The position numbers were made by a program, and so were the translations under genes. The notes below the pieces were generated by a model that ran no database searches, was not told where the DNA came from, and saw only the letters and a list, made by a program, of their open reading frames with translations. Below, piece after piece: positions 19,816-30,000 of a stretch of DNA of 64,000 nucleotides. The stretch comes from Deltaproteobacteria bacterium (GTDB taxonomy: Bacteria; Desulfobacterota_D; UBA1144; Nemesobacterales; CSP1-2), in contig JBQTHB010000002.1 of NCBI GenBank assembly GCA_052390235.1, positions 509,722 through 573,721 on the forward strand, given 5' to 3'. How positions within the stretch are numbered: the stretch's first letter is position 1; each line of letters begins with the position of its first letter.

Positions 19816-21555
19816 TTGTACGAAGATTTCTTCGGGTTTAAAGCCAACCCATTTAAACTTGCCCCTAGCCCGCAGTTTTTTTTTCAGAGCAAGGTGCATC
19901 GCAGGGCATTTGTTACGCTCTATCATGGAATACTGCAGGAGCAGGGAATCTTAGTCCTCCTCGGACACGCCGGCACAGGGAAAACCACCCTCATTCAAAC
20001 CCTCGCAAACGACCTTGAAAAGCTCGGAACTTATAGGTTCATACACCTGACCTACGCCCCGTCGTTTAAGGAAATTATCAGAGTGGTAGCCTCGGAAATC
20101 ACTAAAAAAGAGGAATTCAAGGGCGGAAGTCAGGCAATAAAAGGGTTGAAGGATTTTCTGCTCGAGGAACGGGGCAGGGTGAAGTATGTACTCGTTTTCG
20201 ACGAGGCGCAGAATCTCGACTTTCAGGCTCTCGAAGAGCTTAGAATGCTCTCTAACCTTGAACTGCCCCAGGAAAAACTCCTCCCCGTGATATTAGTAGG
20301 GCAACCGAAGCTCGAGAAGAATCTCGCAAGCCCCGATCTATCGCAGCTTAAGCAGAGAATAAGCACTTATGCGCGCCTCGCCCCGATTCAAGAGGACGAA
20401 ATTCCCACATATCTCGAATATAGAATGAAATCCGCTGGCTATGCCGGGAGTGTTGAGAGCGTATTTGAAAAGGACGCCGTGCGGGACATCTCTTACTATT
20501 CCAGCGGCATTCCCCGCCTTATAAACAGCCTCTGCCATGAGGCCCTGACCTACGGCTATGCCATGGGGGAGCGGCTAATCAAGGCGGAATACATCATAGA
20601 GGCGGCTGAAAATCTGGAACTAGCAGCCGATGAATCCGACGGAAAATCAGGTTCGCCCGCGCTAAATGTCATAACCCTAAAAGAGGTTGTGGGAGGCGCG
20701 GAGCCGGATAAATCCGCGACCTCGGGGGCAGAAATCAACTCCTCGGCTTTCGTTTTTATGAATATTCTGGACGGCAGGCTGTCTAAGGTTGAAGCGGAGA
20801 TTTCGAAAATTAAGGACTCCCTCTCGGAGCTTCAAAAAAAAAATGAGCCCTCCCCTGCGCAAATAGAATCTTTTAGTACCCCGCCGCCCGAGCGACGAGA
20901 GCCGACATCTCAGCAAAATAAGAAAACCCCGCCTGAGCCTTTGCGGGAGGAGAAATCCCCTGAATTCTCTGCTAACTTAGGTTCAAGCGCTACGGCTGAT
21001 GATGCGGGTGAGCCGTCCCCTCGAAGCTCAAATATTATTAAAATCGTCTATTTCGCGCTAATTGTGGTTTTTGCCATCGCCGGGTTTTTGCTATATAAAA
21101 AATCGGGCGTTGATATAGCCACTCTCAAGCCCGCGGCAAAAAAAGAGGCCGAAAACGAGGATAAATCGCTCGCCGCCGTATCCGCATCGCCTCTGCCGGA
21201 CACAGCTACGCCCCCCCCCACTTCTCCGCCGGTTTCCGAGCCGCCGCCAACCCCTGCGCCGTCCCCAGTTGCCGCCGCCGCCTCTGAAGTTAAAGCGAGT
21301 CCCGCGCTCGAGCCGGTTTCTACGAAAGCCGCCCCCGCGCCCGCAGGCTCCTTGGCATTCTTCAAGCCCTTAATACCGGGAATTAATATTAGAAACGGTC
21401 CCGGGATAGAGTATCCGGTGCTGAGATTTGCAAGGGCTAACGATAGATACCGGAAAATCGCTGAGGTCGAGGGCGGGGCGTGGATAAAGATTAGAACCCA
21501 AGACGGCGAAGAGGGCTGGATAGCCAGCAAATTCCTAACTCAAGAGGGCAACTGA
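19816..21555 (+). CDS. ExeA-like secretion ATPase with TM, Pro-rich linker and C-terminal bacterial SH3 domain
   Basis: MYEDFFGF..NPF, GHAGTGKTT, DEAQNL, LVGQP, GIPRLIN; TM; NIRNGPG...GWI. Confidence 0.88.
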   Translation: MYEDFFGFKANPFKLAPSPQFFFQSKVHRRAFVTLYHGILQEQGILVLLGHAGTGKTTLIQTLANDLEKLGTYRFIHLTYAPSFKEIIRVVASEITKKEEFKGGSQAIKGLKDFLLEERGRVKYVLVFDEAQNLDFQALEELRMLSNLELPQEKLLPVILVGQPKLEKNLASPDLSQLKQRISTYARLAPIQEDEIPTYLEYRMKSAGYAGSVESVFEKDAVRDISYYSSGIPRLINSLCHEALTYGYAMGERLIKAEYIIEAAENLELAADESDGKSGSPALNVITLKEVVGGAEPDKSATSGAEINSSAFVFMNILDGRLSKVEAEISKIKDSLSELQKKNEPSPAQIESFSTPPPERREPTSQQNKKTPPEPLREEKSPEFSANLGSSATADDAGEPSPRSSNIIKIVYFALIVVFAIAGFLLYKKSGVDIATLKPAAKKEAENEDKSLAAVSASPLPDTATPPPTSPPVSEPPPTPAPSPVAAAASEVKASPALEPVSTKAAPAPAGSLAFFKPLIPGINIRNGPGIEYPVLRFARANDRYRKIAEVEGGAWIKIRTQDGEEGWIASKFLTQEGN

Positions 21556-21650
21556 TTTCCAAGCGCTTTAACAAAAATAGGTTGCCCATCGAGACGGATT
21601 CGGAGCGCTCTTAGGGAATTGGTCTCGGCAGTCTCGTTTGATGCGCATCA

Positions 21651-23690
21651 ATGACTAAAATATTCCTTGTTTTTATATTCTTGAGCGGTTTTATATCCCT
21701 TCTCTTTTCCTTTCTACTCTATTATAAAAGGAGGAGCGTCGCGCCCTTCGCCGTTTTTTTCACCCTCGCGCTCGCAGCGCTGAGCTACGGGTTATCGGTT
21801 CTCGATTTTGGCGACTCCACTCTCGTAACCCTCAGAAAGCTCTCGTACTCGACCCTCTGCCTGCTAGGGATTTCATATAATTACTACGGACTCACTTTTG
21901 GTGGGCAGGCAGGCGGCATAAAGCTCGCTTTTCCCCTAGTTCTTCTCGCGGGGCTCCTGCTGTTTTCGCTGGCATCTCTCCCCACGGGATGGATTGTGGA
22001 TAGCGTCTATGTCGAAGATGACGAGGTGATTTATTTCCACGGGGCGTTTGGGAAACCCTTTATACTGATGCTCAGCGTCGGGCTTGCCGTGGCAATAGCC
22101 AACCTTGAGTGGATATATCGCTCGGCTAGGGGGAGTTCTCGCTGGAGGGTTAAGTACCTGTCTTGGGGGCTTATTTGGGGCGCTGGGTTTTGCCTGTTTT
22201 TTCTTGGTTATCCGCTTGTTTATGGGTTTGATAGGACGAGCGTTGTGCTTGGGACGGGGGCGGCGCTGAGTCTGTCGTTTTACCCCTCGGCTTATGTGAT
22301 CCTGCGCAGAAAAGCCCTTGAGACCGGACTGTACGTATCTCGCCAAGTGGCTTACGGCTCGCTTGTGGTGGTTTTCCTCGGCATATATTTCATAGCTCTG
22401 GGGCTGGTGATAAGGATTTTCTATAGCAATCAGAAATTCGGTTTCCCGCAGATAGCGCTTGTCGTGTTCATCCTCTCGATAGTCGGCGGATATATATTTT
22501 TATCCGAGGGGCTGCGCCGCCGGGCAATGGCCCTAATCGCCAGCAATTTCTATTCTACCAAGTACGACTACCGCAGGGTCTGGAACGAATTCTCCAAAGA
22601 CATTAGCAACTACCTAACCCCGGAATCGCTCATCCCGCCGATGTCCGAAGCCGTCGGCGAGATACTCGGAGCCAAGTGGGTCGCATATTTTGAAAATTAT
22701 CAGGGCGTCTGGAGGCAGGTCTATGGGAATCGGATTTCCTTCCCCTCCGAACTGTCCGACATGAAATCCCTATCTTCGCAGACAATAGTGAGAATTAAAT
22801 CCGAAGAAAGCGCGGCGTCGGTTGCTGTGGTTCTCAAGGGAGGGAATCAGGAAATCTTGGCTCTCATCGCGCTTGGGGCTAAAATTTCGGCGGAGGACTA
22901 TGATTATGAGGACGAGCAGATGCTCAAAACCCTAGGGGAGCAGACCTCTAGGAGAATTTACGAGGCGAAGCTCTCTCAGGAGGCGACCTCCTACAGGGAG
23001 ATTGAATCCGCAACAAAGATGTCTGCTTTTCTCCTCCACGACCTCAAAAACGTAGCTTCTATGCTCTCAATGGTGATTAAAAACGCCCCAAGGCACTTTC
23101 ATGACCCCGCTTTTCAGGACGACCTGCTTTTGACGCTCCGCGACACGGAAGAGAGAATCCGCGGGCTTATGACGAATATCTCAATATTTCCGGGCGAGCT
23201 TAATCTAAAACTCGCCCGCTCCGACCTGGGGCGCTTGCTCCAAAGGGTCGTCTCTAGGTTTACAAACCAGAGAATAAATGTCGAGTTCCTGCGCGAGGGC
23301 GGGGATTTAGAATTCTATTTCGATGAAAATTTGCTTGAGAAGCTCTTTGTGAACATAATCTTAAATGCGTCTCAGGCGCTAGAAGAGCTTGGAGGGGAGG
23401 AAGGGGGCAGGGTATCCGTTCAGTTGCTTGAGGCGGACGGCTGGACGCAGGTCAGAATCAGAGATGATGGCCCGGGGATAGCTGAAAATATGCTCGGAAA
23501 AATATTGGCAAAGCCCTTTCAAACCACCAAAAAAGGCGGCGCCGGCGTTGGGCTTTATCAGTGCAGGCTTATCGCTGAAGCCCACGGCGGAGGGATTGAA
23601 GTCGAAAGCGAGCCGGGCAAAGGGGCTGAATTTATAATTTCTATTCCGATAAACACAGAGCATAGACCGTGGAAAAGAAACTACTCATAA
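21651..23690 (+). CDS. prsK: PEP-CTERM system sensor histidine kinase PrsK
   Basis: Multi-TM N-terminus, KYDYR..W, SAFLLHDLKN H-box, DDGPG, PFQTTK, GVGLYQ. Confidence 0.92.
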   Translation: MTKIFLVFIFLSGFISLLFSFLLYYKRRSVAPFAVFFTLALAALSYGLSVLDFGDSTLVTLRKLSYSTLCLLGISYNYYGLTFGGQAGGIKLAFPLVLLAGLLLFSLASLPTGWIVDSVYVEDDEVIYFHGAFGKPFILMLSVGLAVAIANLEWIYRSARGSSRWRVKYLSWGLIWGAGFCLFFLGYPLVYGFDRTSVVLGTGAALSLSFYPSAYVILRRKALETGLYVSRQVAYGSLVVVFLGIYFIALGLVIRIFYSNQKFGFPQIALVVFILSIVGGYIFLSEGLRRRAMALIASNFYSTKYDYRRVWNEFSKDISNYLTPESLIPPMSEAVGEILGAKWVAYFENYQGVWRQVYGNRISFPSELSDMKSLSSQTIVRIKSEESAASVAVVLKGGNQEILALIALGAKISAEDYDYEDEQMLKTLGEQTSRRIYEAKLSQEATSYREIESATKMSAFLLHDLKNVASMLSMVIKNAPRHFHDPAFQDDLLLTLRDTEERIRGLMTNISIFPGELNLKLARSDLGRLLQRVVSRFTNQRINVEFLREGGDLEFYFDENLLEKLFVNIILNASQALEELGGEEGGRVSVQLLEADGWTQVRIRDDGPGIAENMLGKILAKPFQTTKKGGAGVGLYQCRLIAEAHGGGIEVESEPGKGAEFIISIPINTEHRPWKRNYS

Positions 23691-25018
23691 TTGACGACCA
23701 AGAGAGCATAAGGATTCAGCTTAAGTGGGCGTTTGCCGGGGACTACAATACGCTCTTTGCAGGCTCCGTGGAATCGGCGATAAAGCTCATCGAGAGGGAA
23801 AACCCTCCGGTTGTACTGCTGGATCTCTCTCTCATTCCGGGCGGGGGCCCAGAGGAGGGAATGCACGTGCTGGCGGCGGCTCTGCGCCACGATTCGAGGA
23901 GAAAGGTCATAGTCATCACCGGACACGACACGCGCGAAAACGCGCTGAAGGCTATAAATATGGGGGCTTACGATTTTTGCTCGAAGCCCGTTGATTTGGA
24001 CGAGCTTGGGGTAATTGTCAAAAGAGCGTTCAAAAGAAGAGAACTTGAGGAAGAGAATGAAAAATTAAGGGAAGGCCATTATCGGGATTCCGTTTTTCTC
24101 ACCAGAAACCCCTACCTTCTCGATATGCTGGAGCGGGTAAAGGACATAGCCCGCGCCGATGTTACTGTTCTCATCACCGGAGAGAGTGGAACCGGCAAGG
24201 AACTCATAGCCAAGATGATTTATGAGAACAGCGCCCGCGCCGATAAGCCTTTTGTCGCCGTCAACTGCGGCGGGATACCGGACACTCTAATTGAATCCGA
24301 GCTTTTCGGCTACGAGAAAGGGGCATTTACCGGAGCCGATACCAGATACGAGGGGAAAATTGAGCGCGCCGCCGGAGGAACGCTCTTCCTCGATGAAATA
24401 GCCGAGATGCCGCTTCTGATTCAGCCGAAGATTCTCAGGTTTCTCCAAGAGCGCGAGATTGACCCGCTTGGAGGGGGCGGGACAAGGCGGGTGGACGTGC
24501 GGCTCATCACGGCTACTAATAGGAATCTCAAAGCCGAATCTGCTCTAGGCACGTTCAGAAGCGACCTTTTCTATCGTGTAAGCGTTGTGAATTTCTCCAT
24601 CTCCCCGCTTAGGGAGCGCGCCGAGGATATTGAGTTTCTGGCGGATTATTTTTTGAAGAAATACTCCGCCGAGCTTAAAAAGCCAGTTCTCAGTTTCTCT
24701 GACTCAGCGGTTGCCTCAATGAAATCCTACGGTTGGCCCGGCAACGTGAGAGAGCTTCAAAACGTCGTAAAGGGGGCTGTTCTCCTCGCTCAGGGGCGGG
24801 TTATAGAATCGCTCAACCTGCAGATGTCCGTAGAAGAGATAAAGAAATCCAGTAAAAAATCATTGAATTTAAAAGACATGAAAGACCTTGCCGAGAAAGA
24901 GTGCGTAGAGATAGCCCTGGAGAGAACCGGCGGCAATATAAGCGACGCCGCCGAGCTCATCGGCATCAGCAGGGGCAATGTTTATATCCTCATGAAGAAG
25001 CACAATATTAAACAGTAA
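23669..25018 (+). CDS. prsR: sigma54-dependent response regulator PrsR
   Basis: Receiver domain (QLKW, GAYDF..KP), GESGTGKE, GAFTGA, WPGNVREL, Fis-type HTH; overlaps prsK. Confidence 0.92.
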   Translation: MEKKLLIIDDQESIRIQLKWAFAGDYNTLFAGSVESAIKLIERENPPVVLLDLSLIPGGGPEEGMHVLAAALRHDSRRKVIVITGHDTRENALKAINMGAYDFCSKPVDLDELGVIVKRAFKRRELEEENEKLREGHYRDSVFLTRNPYLLDMLERVKDIARADVTVLITGESGTGKELIAKMIYENSARADKPFVAVNCGGIPDTLIESELFGYEKGAFTGADTRYEGKIERAAGGTLFLDEIAEMPLLIQPKILRFLQEREIDPLGGGGTRRVDVRLITATNRNLKAESALGTFRSDLFYRVSVVNFSISPLRERAEDIEFLADYFLKKYSAELKKPVLSFSDSAVASMKSYGWPGNVRELQNVVKGAVLLAQGRVIESLNLQMSVEEIKKSSKKSLNLKDMKDLAEKECVEIALERTGGNISDAAELIGISRGNVYILMKKHNIKQ

Positions 25019-25147
25019 TTTAATCAGAGATGCCCTTTATTTTTAATTACAGGCGTTATAATTATAGGCAGCAGCGCTTATGCTAACGAACACCGTGTTG
25101 GTTTTCTCCGAATATTCATGTATAGCTCGCAACCAGAGAGGTATTGG

Positions 25148-26422
25148 ATGTCTAATGATTCGATTAATTCCGTAGCTGTGATTGGACTAGGCTATGCCGG
25201 GCTTCCTGTGGCAGTGGCATTCGCCGAAAAAGGGGTTAGGGTCGTAGGGGTTGATATAGATAAAAATAAGGTTCGCTCGCTTGCCGAGGGGCGCTCTTAT
25301 GTTGAGGACATAAGCGATGCTGATATTAAAATGTGTCTCGCGCATCTGCGCCCTACGGATGATTTCTCCGAGATAGCCGATGTGGATGCCGTCATTATCT
25401 GCGTTCCCACCCCGCTTAACAAGACCCGCGAGCCTGACATTTCATATATTATTTCGGCGTCCAGAAGCGTAGCCGCGCACCTGAGGCGCGGGATGATTAT
25501 AGTGCTAGAGAGCACCACTTACCCCGGCACTACTGAAGAGGTGCTAAAACCCATGTTTGAAGAGGGCGGGCTCAGCGTGGGCAGGGACGTTTTCCTAGCC
25601 TTCTCCCCTGAGCGAGTTGACCCGGGCAATAAGAGATTCAACGTTAAGAACACCGCCAAGGTCGTGGGAGGGGTTACCGATGCTTGCACCCAGCGCGCGG
25701 CGTCGCTCTACGCGATGATTTGCGATAGAGTCGTTACGGTGTCGTCCGCAAGCGCGGCAGAATCCGTGAAGCTACTCGAGAATACCTACAGAATAGTCAA
25801 TATCGGACTCGTCAACGAAATAGCCCAGCTCTGCGGGAGAATGAAGCTCAATATTTGGGAAATTATCGAAGCCGCCTCGACCAAGCCCTACGGTTTTATG
25901 CCGTTCTACCCGGGCCCGGGCATCGGGGGCCACTGCATCGGGATAGACCCGATTTATTTATCATGGAAGGCGAAGCTATTTAACTTCCGCACCCGCTTCA
26001 TCGAACTCGCCGACGAGATAAATAACAAAATGCCGGAATATGTAATAAGCCGCCTGTTCGAGGTTTTAAACGAGCGCGGCAGGTCAATAAGAAATTCAAA
26101 TATTTTACTGCTGGGCGTGGCTTACAAGAGGGACATCGGCGACATTAGAGAGTCCCCGGCGCTTGAGGTCATAAAGCATCTCGTCGAGCTAGGCGCTTGC
26201 GTGTCGGTAAACGACCCCTATGTGCCAGAATTTCACCATTTGGATAGAACTTGGCGCTCCGAAGAGCTTACGGAGGGGTTGCTCAAGGCGGCGGACTGTG
26301 TTGTAATTACTACCGACCACGGCGCGTATGACTGGGGCTGGATTGTAGCGCGCTCTAATGCCGTGCTGGACACTAGAAACGCCACCAAGGCGGTATCTTC
26401 GGATATAATTAGGAAGCTCTAG
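25148..26422 (+). CDS. Nucleotide-sugar dehydrogenase (UDP-HexNAc 6-dehydrogenase type)
   Basis: GLGYAG, ICVPTP, ESTTYPG, SPERVDPG, GGHCI; start at 25148 preferred (25118 possible). Confidence 0.92.
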   Translation: MSNDSINSVAVIGLGYAGLPVAVAFAEKGVRVVGVDIDKNKVRSLAEGRSYVEDISDADIKMCLAHLRPTDDFSEIADVDAVIICVPTPLNKTREPDISYIISASRSVAAHLRRGMIIVLESTTYPGTTEEVLKPMFEEGGLSVGRDVFLAFSPERVDPGNKRFNVKNTAKVVGGVTDACTQRAASLYAMICDRVVTVSSASAAESVKLLENTYRIVNIGLVNEIAQLCGRMKLNIWEIIEAASTKPYGFMPFYPGPGIGGHCIGIDPIYLSWKAKLFNFRTRFIELADEINNKMPEYVISRLFEVLNERGRSIRNSNILLLGVAYKRDIGDIRESPALEVIKHLVELGACVSVNDPYVPEFHHLDRTWRSEELTEGLLKAADCVVITTDHGAYDWGWIVARSNAVLDTRNATKAVSSDIIRKL

Positions 26423-26475
26423 CCTATGGTAAGCGAGGAAAATTTTATTAAGCTGATTGCCGGAGGCGACAGGTT

Positions 26476-27108
26476 ATGGCTAAGTTTGGGTTTGTGTGCT
26501 TGATATTACTAGCGGCGGCTGTCGTGTCCTGCTCCTCTTTAAGGCAGTTCGACACCACTTCTGGCGTTAATAACCCCAGCGGAGACGCTCAGAAGTCCCC
26601 CGCTCCGGTTGCTAGCACGCAGCAACAGGTTATAGAGTATAGAATTGGCACTTCGGACAGGCTAGAAATCTCTGTCCTTCAATATCCGGAACTCACAAAG
26701 CAGGTCATAGTGAGACCGGACGGCATAATCTCTCTGCCGCTAATCGGGGAAGTCGCCGCCGGCGGACTAAAACCAACAGAGCTTGAGAGGCTCCTATCCG
26801 AGAGATATGTAGAGTACCTGCGCTCTCCTTCGGTTACGGTGAATGTGCTTGACGCCAAGAGTTTCGAGGTGCTTATAAGGGGCGAGGTCAGCAGACCCGG
26901 CGCTTACCCTTATAAGCAAGGGATGACGCTTCTGGACTTGCTGACCACGGCGGGGGATTTTACTATTTATGCCGATAAAAACGACGTTACGATAATTCGA
27001 GGAAGCGGTAGCAATAGGAAAATCATAAAGGCAAAGCTCAAGAACCCTGAGGATTTATACACGCCCCTGTATATTGAGCCGGGCGATATAGTTGTGATAG
27101 GGGATTAG
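26476..27108 (+). CDS. wza: Short OPX/Wza-family polysaccharide export lipoprotein
   Basis: Lipobox VVS-C, VRPDG.ISLPLIG, single SLBB domain, ends PGDIVVIGD. Confidence 0.9.
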   Translation: MAKFGFVCLILLAAAVVSCSSLRQFDTTSGVNNPSGDAQKSPAPVASTQQQVIEYRIGTSDRLEISVLQYPELTKQVIVRPDGIISLPLIGEVAAGGLKPTELERLLSERYVEYLRSPSVTVNVLDAKSFEVLIRGEVSRPGAYPYKQGMTLLDLLTTAGDFTIYADKNDVTIIRGSGSNRKIIKAKLKNPEDLYTPLYIEPGDIVVIGD

Positions 27109-27112
27109 AATT

Positions 27113-28441
27113 ATGGGAATAATGTGGCAGGAAAACGGAATAGTTGAAGAAGTGGCGAAAAAGGTCTCGATTTGGCCCTATACTGCCCTTCTTGGGGATG
27201 CCGCGATAATATCGCTTCTCGCGCTTCTCGGGTTTTATGATTTTAAAAATCCCTCGGCTCATGCGCTTTTCTATACGGGAATATTCATATTTCTCATGTT
27301 TGCCTTCAGTTTTTATAATCCATCGCTTCTTAATGTAAGCAAGAAACGGAGCGAGATAATTACCAATTTGGCGGTTTTATCTCTAATCATGATGCTATAC
27401 CCCTTCGGCATAGGGGCTAGGAACATCAGCATTCCCTACCTCGGTTTCTTTCTGATTCCGCCCGCTTTGCTGGCATGGAGGGTTTCCATACTGCCGAGGC
27501 TTCTGCGCCCCAAGAGGGTGATAGTTCTCGGCGCGGGAACTGAAGCCAGAGTCATCATCGCCGCTCTCGAGGAAAATCCCCTGTTTGAGTGCGTCGCCAA
27601 TATCTCGCAGGAGGAGCTAAGGGGGGTAATGGGGCTTCCTCAACCTGAGTACTGGCAGGAGAAGAAAATAGACAAAGTGATTATTGCCATTAACGAGAGA
27701 CGAGGGGTGCTTCCGCTCCAAACCCTGCTCAGTTACCGGCTATCGGGAATAGATATTCAGACAGCAAGCGATTTTTTTGAGAGATCGCTTGGGAAGATTA
27801 AGCTCCGTGATTTCCGCCCAATGGACGTTATTCTGAGCGAGGGGTTCGGCGAAACCAGGATTTCGCTCGTGATTAAGAGGCTTATAGACATATTTATTGC
27901 CCTGTTCGGCTTAATTGTCCTCTCGCCCGCAATTGTGCTCCTAATAATATTGATTAAGCTCGAATCCCGTGGGCCCGTGATATTTAAGCAAGTGCGGCTC
28001 GGACAGGGGGGGGGCTCTTTTACTATGTATAAATTCCGCTCTATGTACATTGACGCCGAGAAGGACGGGGCAAAGTGGGCGAGAAGAGGGGATTCTCGAA
28101 TCACTCTAGTTGGACGAATAATTAGACCTCTGCATATAGATGAGATGCCGCAGCTGTGGAATATACTCACCGGGGAGATGAGCTTTATAGGCCCCCGCCC
28201 GGAGAGGCCTGAATTTGTCAGCGAGCTGGAAAAAGAGGTGCCGTACTATAAACTCAGGCTTCTGTTTAAACCGGGTATTACCGGCTGGGCTCAGGTCAAT
28301 TACGGTTATGGAAACTCAGTCGAGGACGCATTTGAGAAGATGCAGTACGATTTCTACTATATTAAAAACTGGTCTTTAGCTCTCGATTTACTTATATTGG
28401 TGAAAACGATAAATTCCCTGAAAGGACAAGAGGCGTGCTAG
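27113..28441 (+). CDS. Priming polyprenyl-phosphate sugar transferase (PEP-CTERM-associated type)
   Basis: N-terminal TMs, KRLID, YKFRSM, DEMPQ, GPRPERP, KPGITGWAQ. Confidence 0.92.
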   Translation: MGIMWQENGIVEEVAKKVSIWPYTALLGDAAIISLLALLGFYDFKNPSAHALFYTGIFIFLMFAFSFYNPSLLNVSKKRSEIITNLAVLSLIMMLYPFGIGARNISIPYLGFFLIPPALLAWRVSILPRLLRPKRVIVLGAGTEARVIIAALEENPLFECVANISQEELRGVMGLPQPEYWQEKKIDKVIIAINERRGVLPLQTLLSYRLSGIDIQTASDFFERSLGKIKLRDFRPMDVILSEGFGETRISLVIKRLIDIFIALFGLIVLSPAIVLLIILIKLESRGPVIFKQVRLGQGGGSFTMYKFRSMYIDAEKDGAKWARRGDSRITLVGRIIRPLHIDEMPQLWNILTGEMSFIGPRPERPEFVSELEKEVPYYKLRLLFKPGITGWAQVNYGYGNSVEDAFEKMQYDFYYIKNWSLALDLLILVKTINSLKGQEAC

Positions 28442-28456
28442 AGCGGGAGGCTTTCT

Positions 28457-29968
28457 ATGCCTGAGAAATTTGATATATATCAGTATCTGAACTTAGCCCT
28501 TAAGCATAAGAGCTATCTCATATTCTCTTTTCTGGGAGTATCCCTCCTTTTCACGATATTTGCTTTTTTAATGACCGAGGTTTATCAGGCTAAGACCCTC
28601 GTGCTTGTTCAAAGAGAGGTGATTCAAAACCCGCTCGGCAAGGGGGCGCTAAACCCAGAGGACGCCAATAAGAAACTGGCAATCCTAAAGCAGGTCATCA
28701 CAAGCCGCCGCTTCGTACAGGAAACCATGAATAAGGTGGGAATTGACGCCAGAGCGCAAAACCCAGGGCAGTACGAGAGGCTTCTTAGCAACACGATTGA
28801 GAAAATCACTATAACGCTGAAAGAAAAGTCCGGCACTTTTGAAATAGCGTATCAGGATAAGGACCCTAAAACCGCCGCATTTTTCGTCAACACCATCACC
28901 GGAATATATACGGATTTCGTCCTATCCGGCAAACAGGGGCAGTCCTATACGGCTTTTCAGTTCCTCAAAGAGCAGATAAAAGTCTATGAGCAGAAGCTCG
29001 TGGTTTCGGAAAAAGCCCTGAGGGAGTTTAAAGAAACCCATTTTGATTATCTCCCCGAAAATCGCAATAACAATCTGGCAAGGCTCAATGCCCTGAGCGC
29101 CGCGCTCACTCAAATTGACTTCGCCACAAGAGAAGCTCAAATAAGGCGAAACGCCGTGGTAAGCGGGGCTTCCGTCTCGGCTAGAGGCGGGTCGGTTACT
29201 CTGTCCCCGCAAACTGCCTTCCTTATAGCTAAAAAAAATCAGCTCTCTCAGCTTCTGAGCAGATACACCGACAAACACCCTGACATAATTGCCCTCAGGC
29301 AGGAGATAGCCGCTCTCGAAAGCGGCATAGGCTCTGAGACTGCCATCTCCGGCGGAGTAGTTGTGGGCGGCGGCCCTCTGGCATCTGAACTTCAGAGGGC
29401 TAATCTCGAATTAGACGCTCTTGCCGCCAGAAAGGTCGAGATTGAAAATGAGATGAAACTGCTCGAAGAGAAGGTCAAACAAGTGCCGGCTCTGGAGCAG
29501 GAGCTCACTACTCTAACGCGCGACTACAACGTCAACACCGAGTTCTATCAGACCCTTTTAACTAAGCTCGAAGAAACTAACGTCTTTAGGGATTTGGAGA
29601 ATTCCACATCGCTTGAAATTTTTGAAGTCCTGGACCCTGCTGTTGTGCCGGTGAAGCCGATAAAGCCCGATCGCCCCAAGATAATTATCCTTGGGATGAT
29701 TCTCGGACTTGCTGTCGGCGCGGGAGTCGTATTCCTGAAGGAGAACATGGACACTTCCCTAAAAACCGTAAAAGAGGCGAAGGAATTTCTGCAGGGGATT
29801 GGATTTTCAGTGCTTGCCGTCATCCCGAAGTCATTGTCCGGAGACCAGCCAGTTGTGAAGCGCACTCCCAGAGAGCTTCTTCGGGATTTTTATCAGGTGG
29901 CTTTGGTGGGGGCGTATTTAGTGGTGGCTATCGCGCTAATAGTGATTGAGACAATGAGAACAAGCTAG
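28457..29968 (+). CDS. Polysaccharide co-polymerase / chain-length determinant (Wzc membrane part)
   Basis: TM, coiled coils, YTDKHPDI, FEVLDPA..P..P..P, TM. Confidence 0.9.
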   Translation: MPEKFDIYQYLNLALKHKSYLIFSFLGVSLLFTIFAFLMTEVYQAKTLVLVQREVIQNPLGKGALNPEDANKKLAILKQVITSRRFVQETMNKVGIDARAQNPGQYERLLSNTIEKITITLKEKSGTFEIAYQDKDPKTAAFFVNTITGIYTDFVLSGKQGQSYTAFQFLKEQIKVYEQKLVVSEKALREFKETHFDYLPENRNNNLARLNALSAALTQIDFATREAQIRRNAVVSGASVSARGGSVTLSPQTAFLIAKKNQLSQLLSRYTDKHPDIIALRQEIAALESGIGSETAISGGVVVGGGPLASELQRANLELDALAARKVEIENEMKLLEEKVKQVPALEQELTTLTRDYNVNTEFYQTLLTKLEETNVFRDLENSTSLEIFEVLDPAVVPVKPIKPDRPKIIILGMILGLAVGAGVVFLKENMDTSLKTVKEAKEFLQGIGFSVLAVIPKSLSGDQPVVKRTPRELLRDFYQVALVGAYLVVAIALIVIETMRTS

Positions 29969-30000
29969 GGGGGATTTTATTAAAATCCATTCTAGGAGGC

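Noticed and set aside
25060..25090. sigma54 promoter before the nucleotide-sugar dehydrogenase (TAGGCA...TGC)
   Set aside because: The GG-to-GC spacing is not 10 nt
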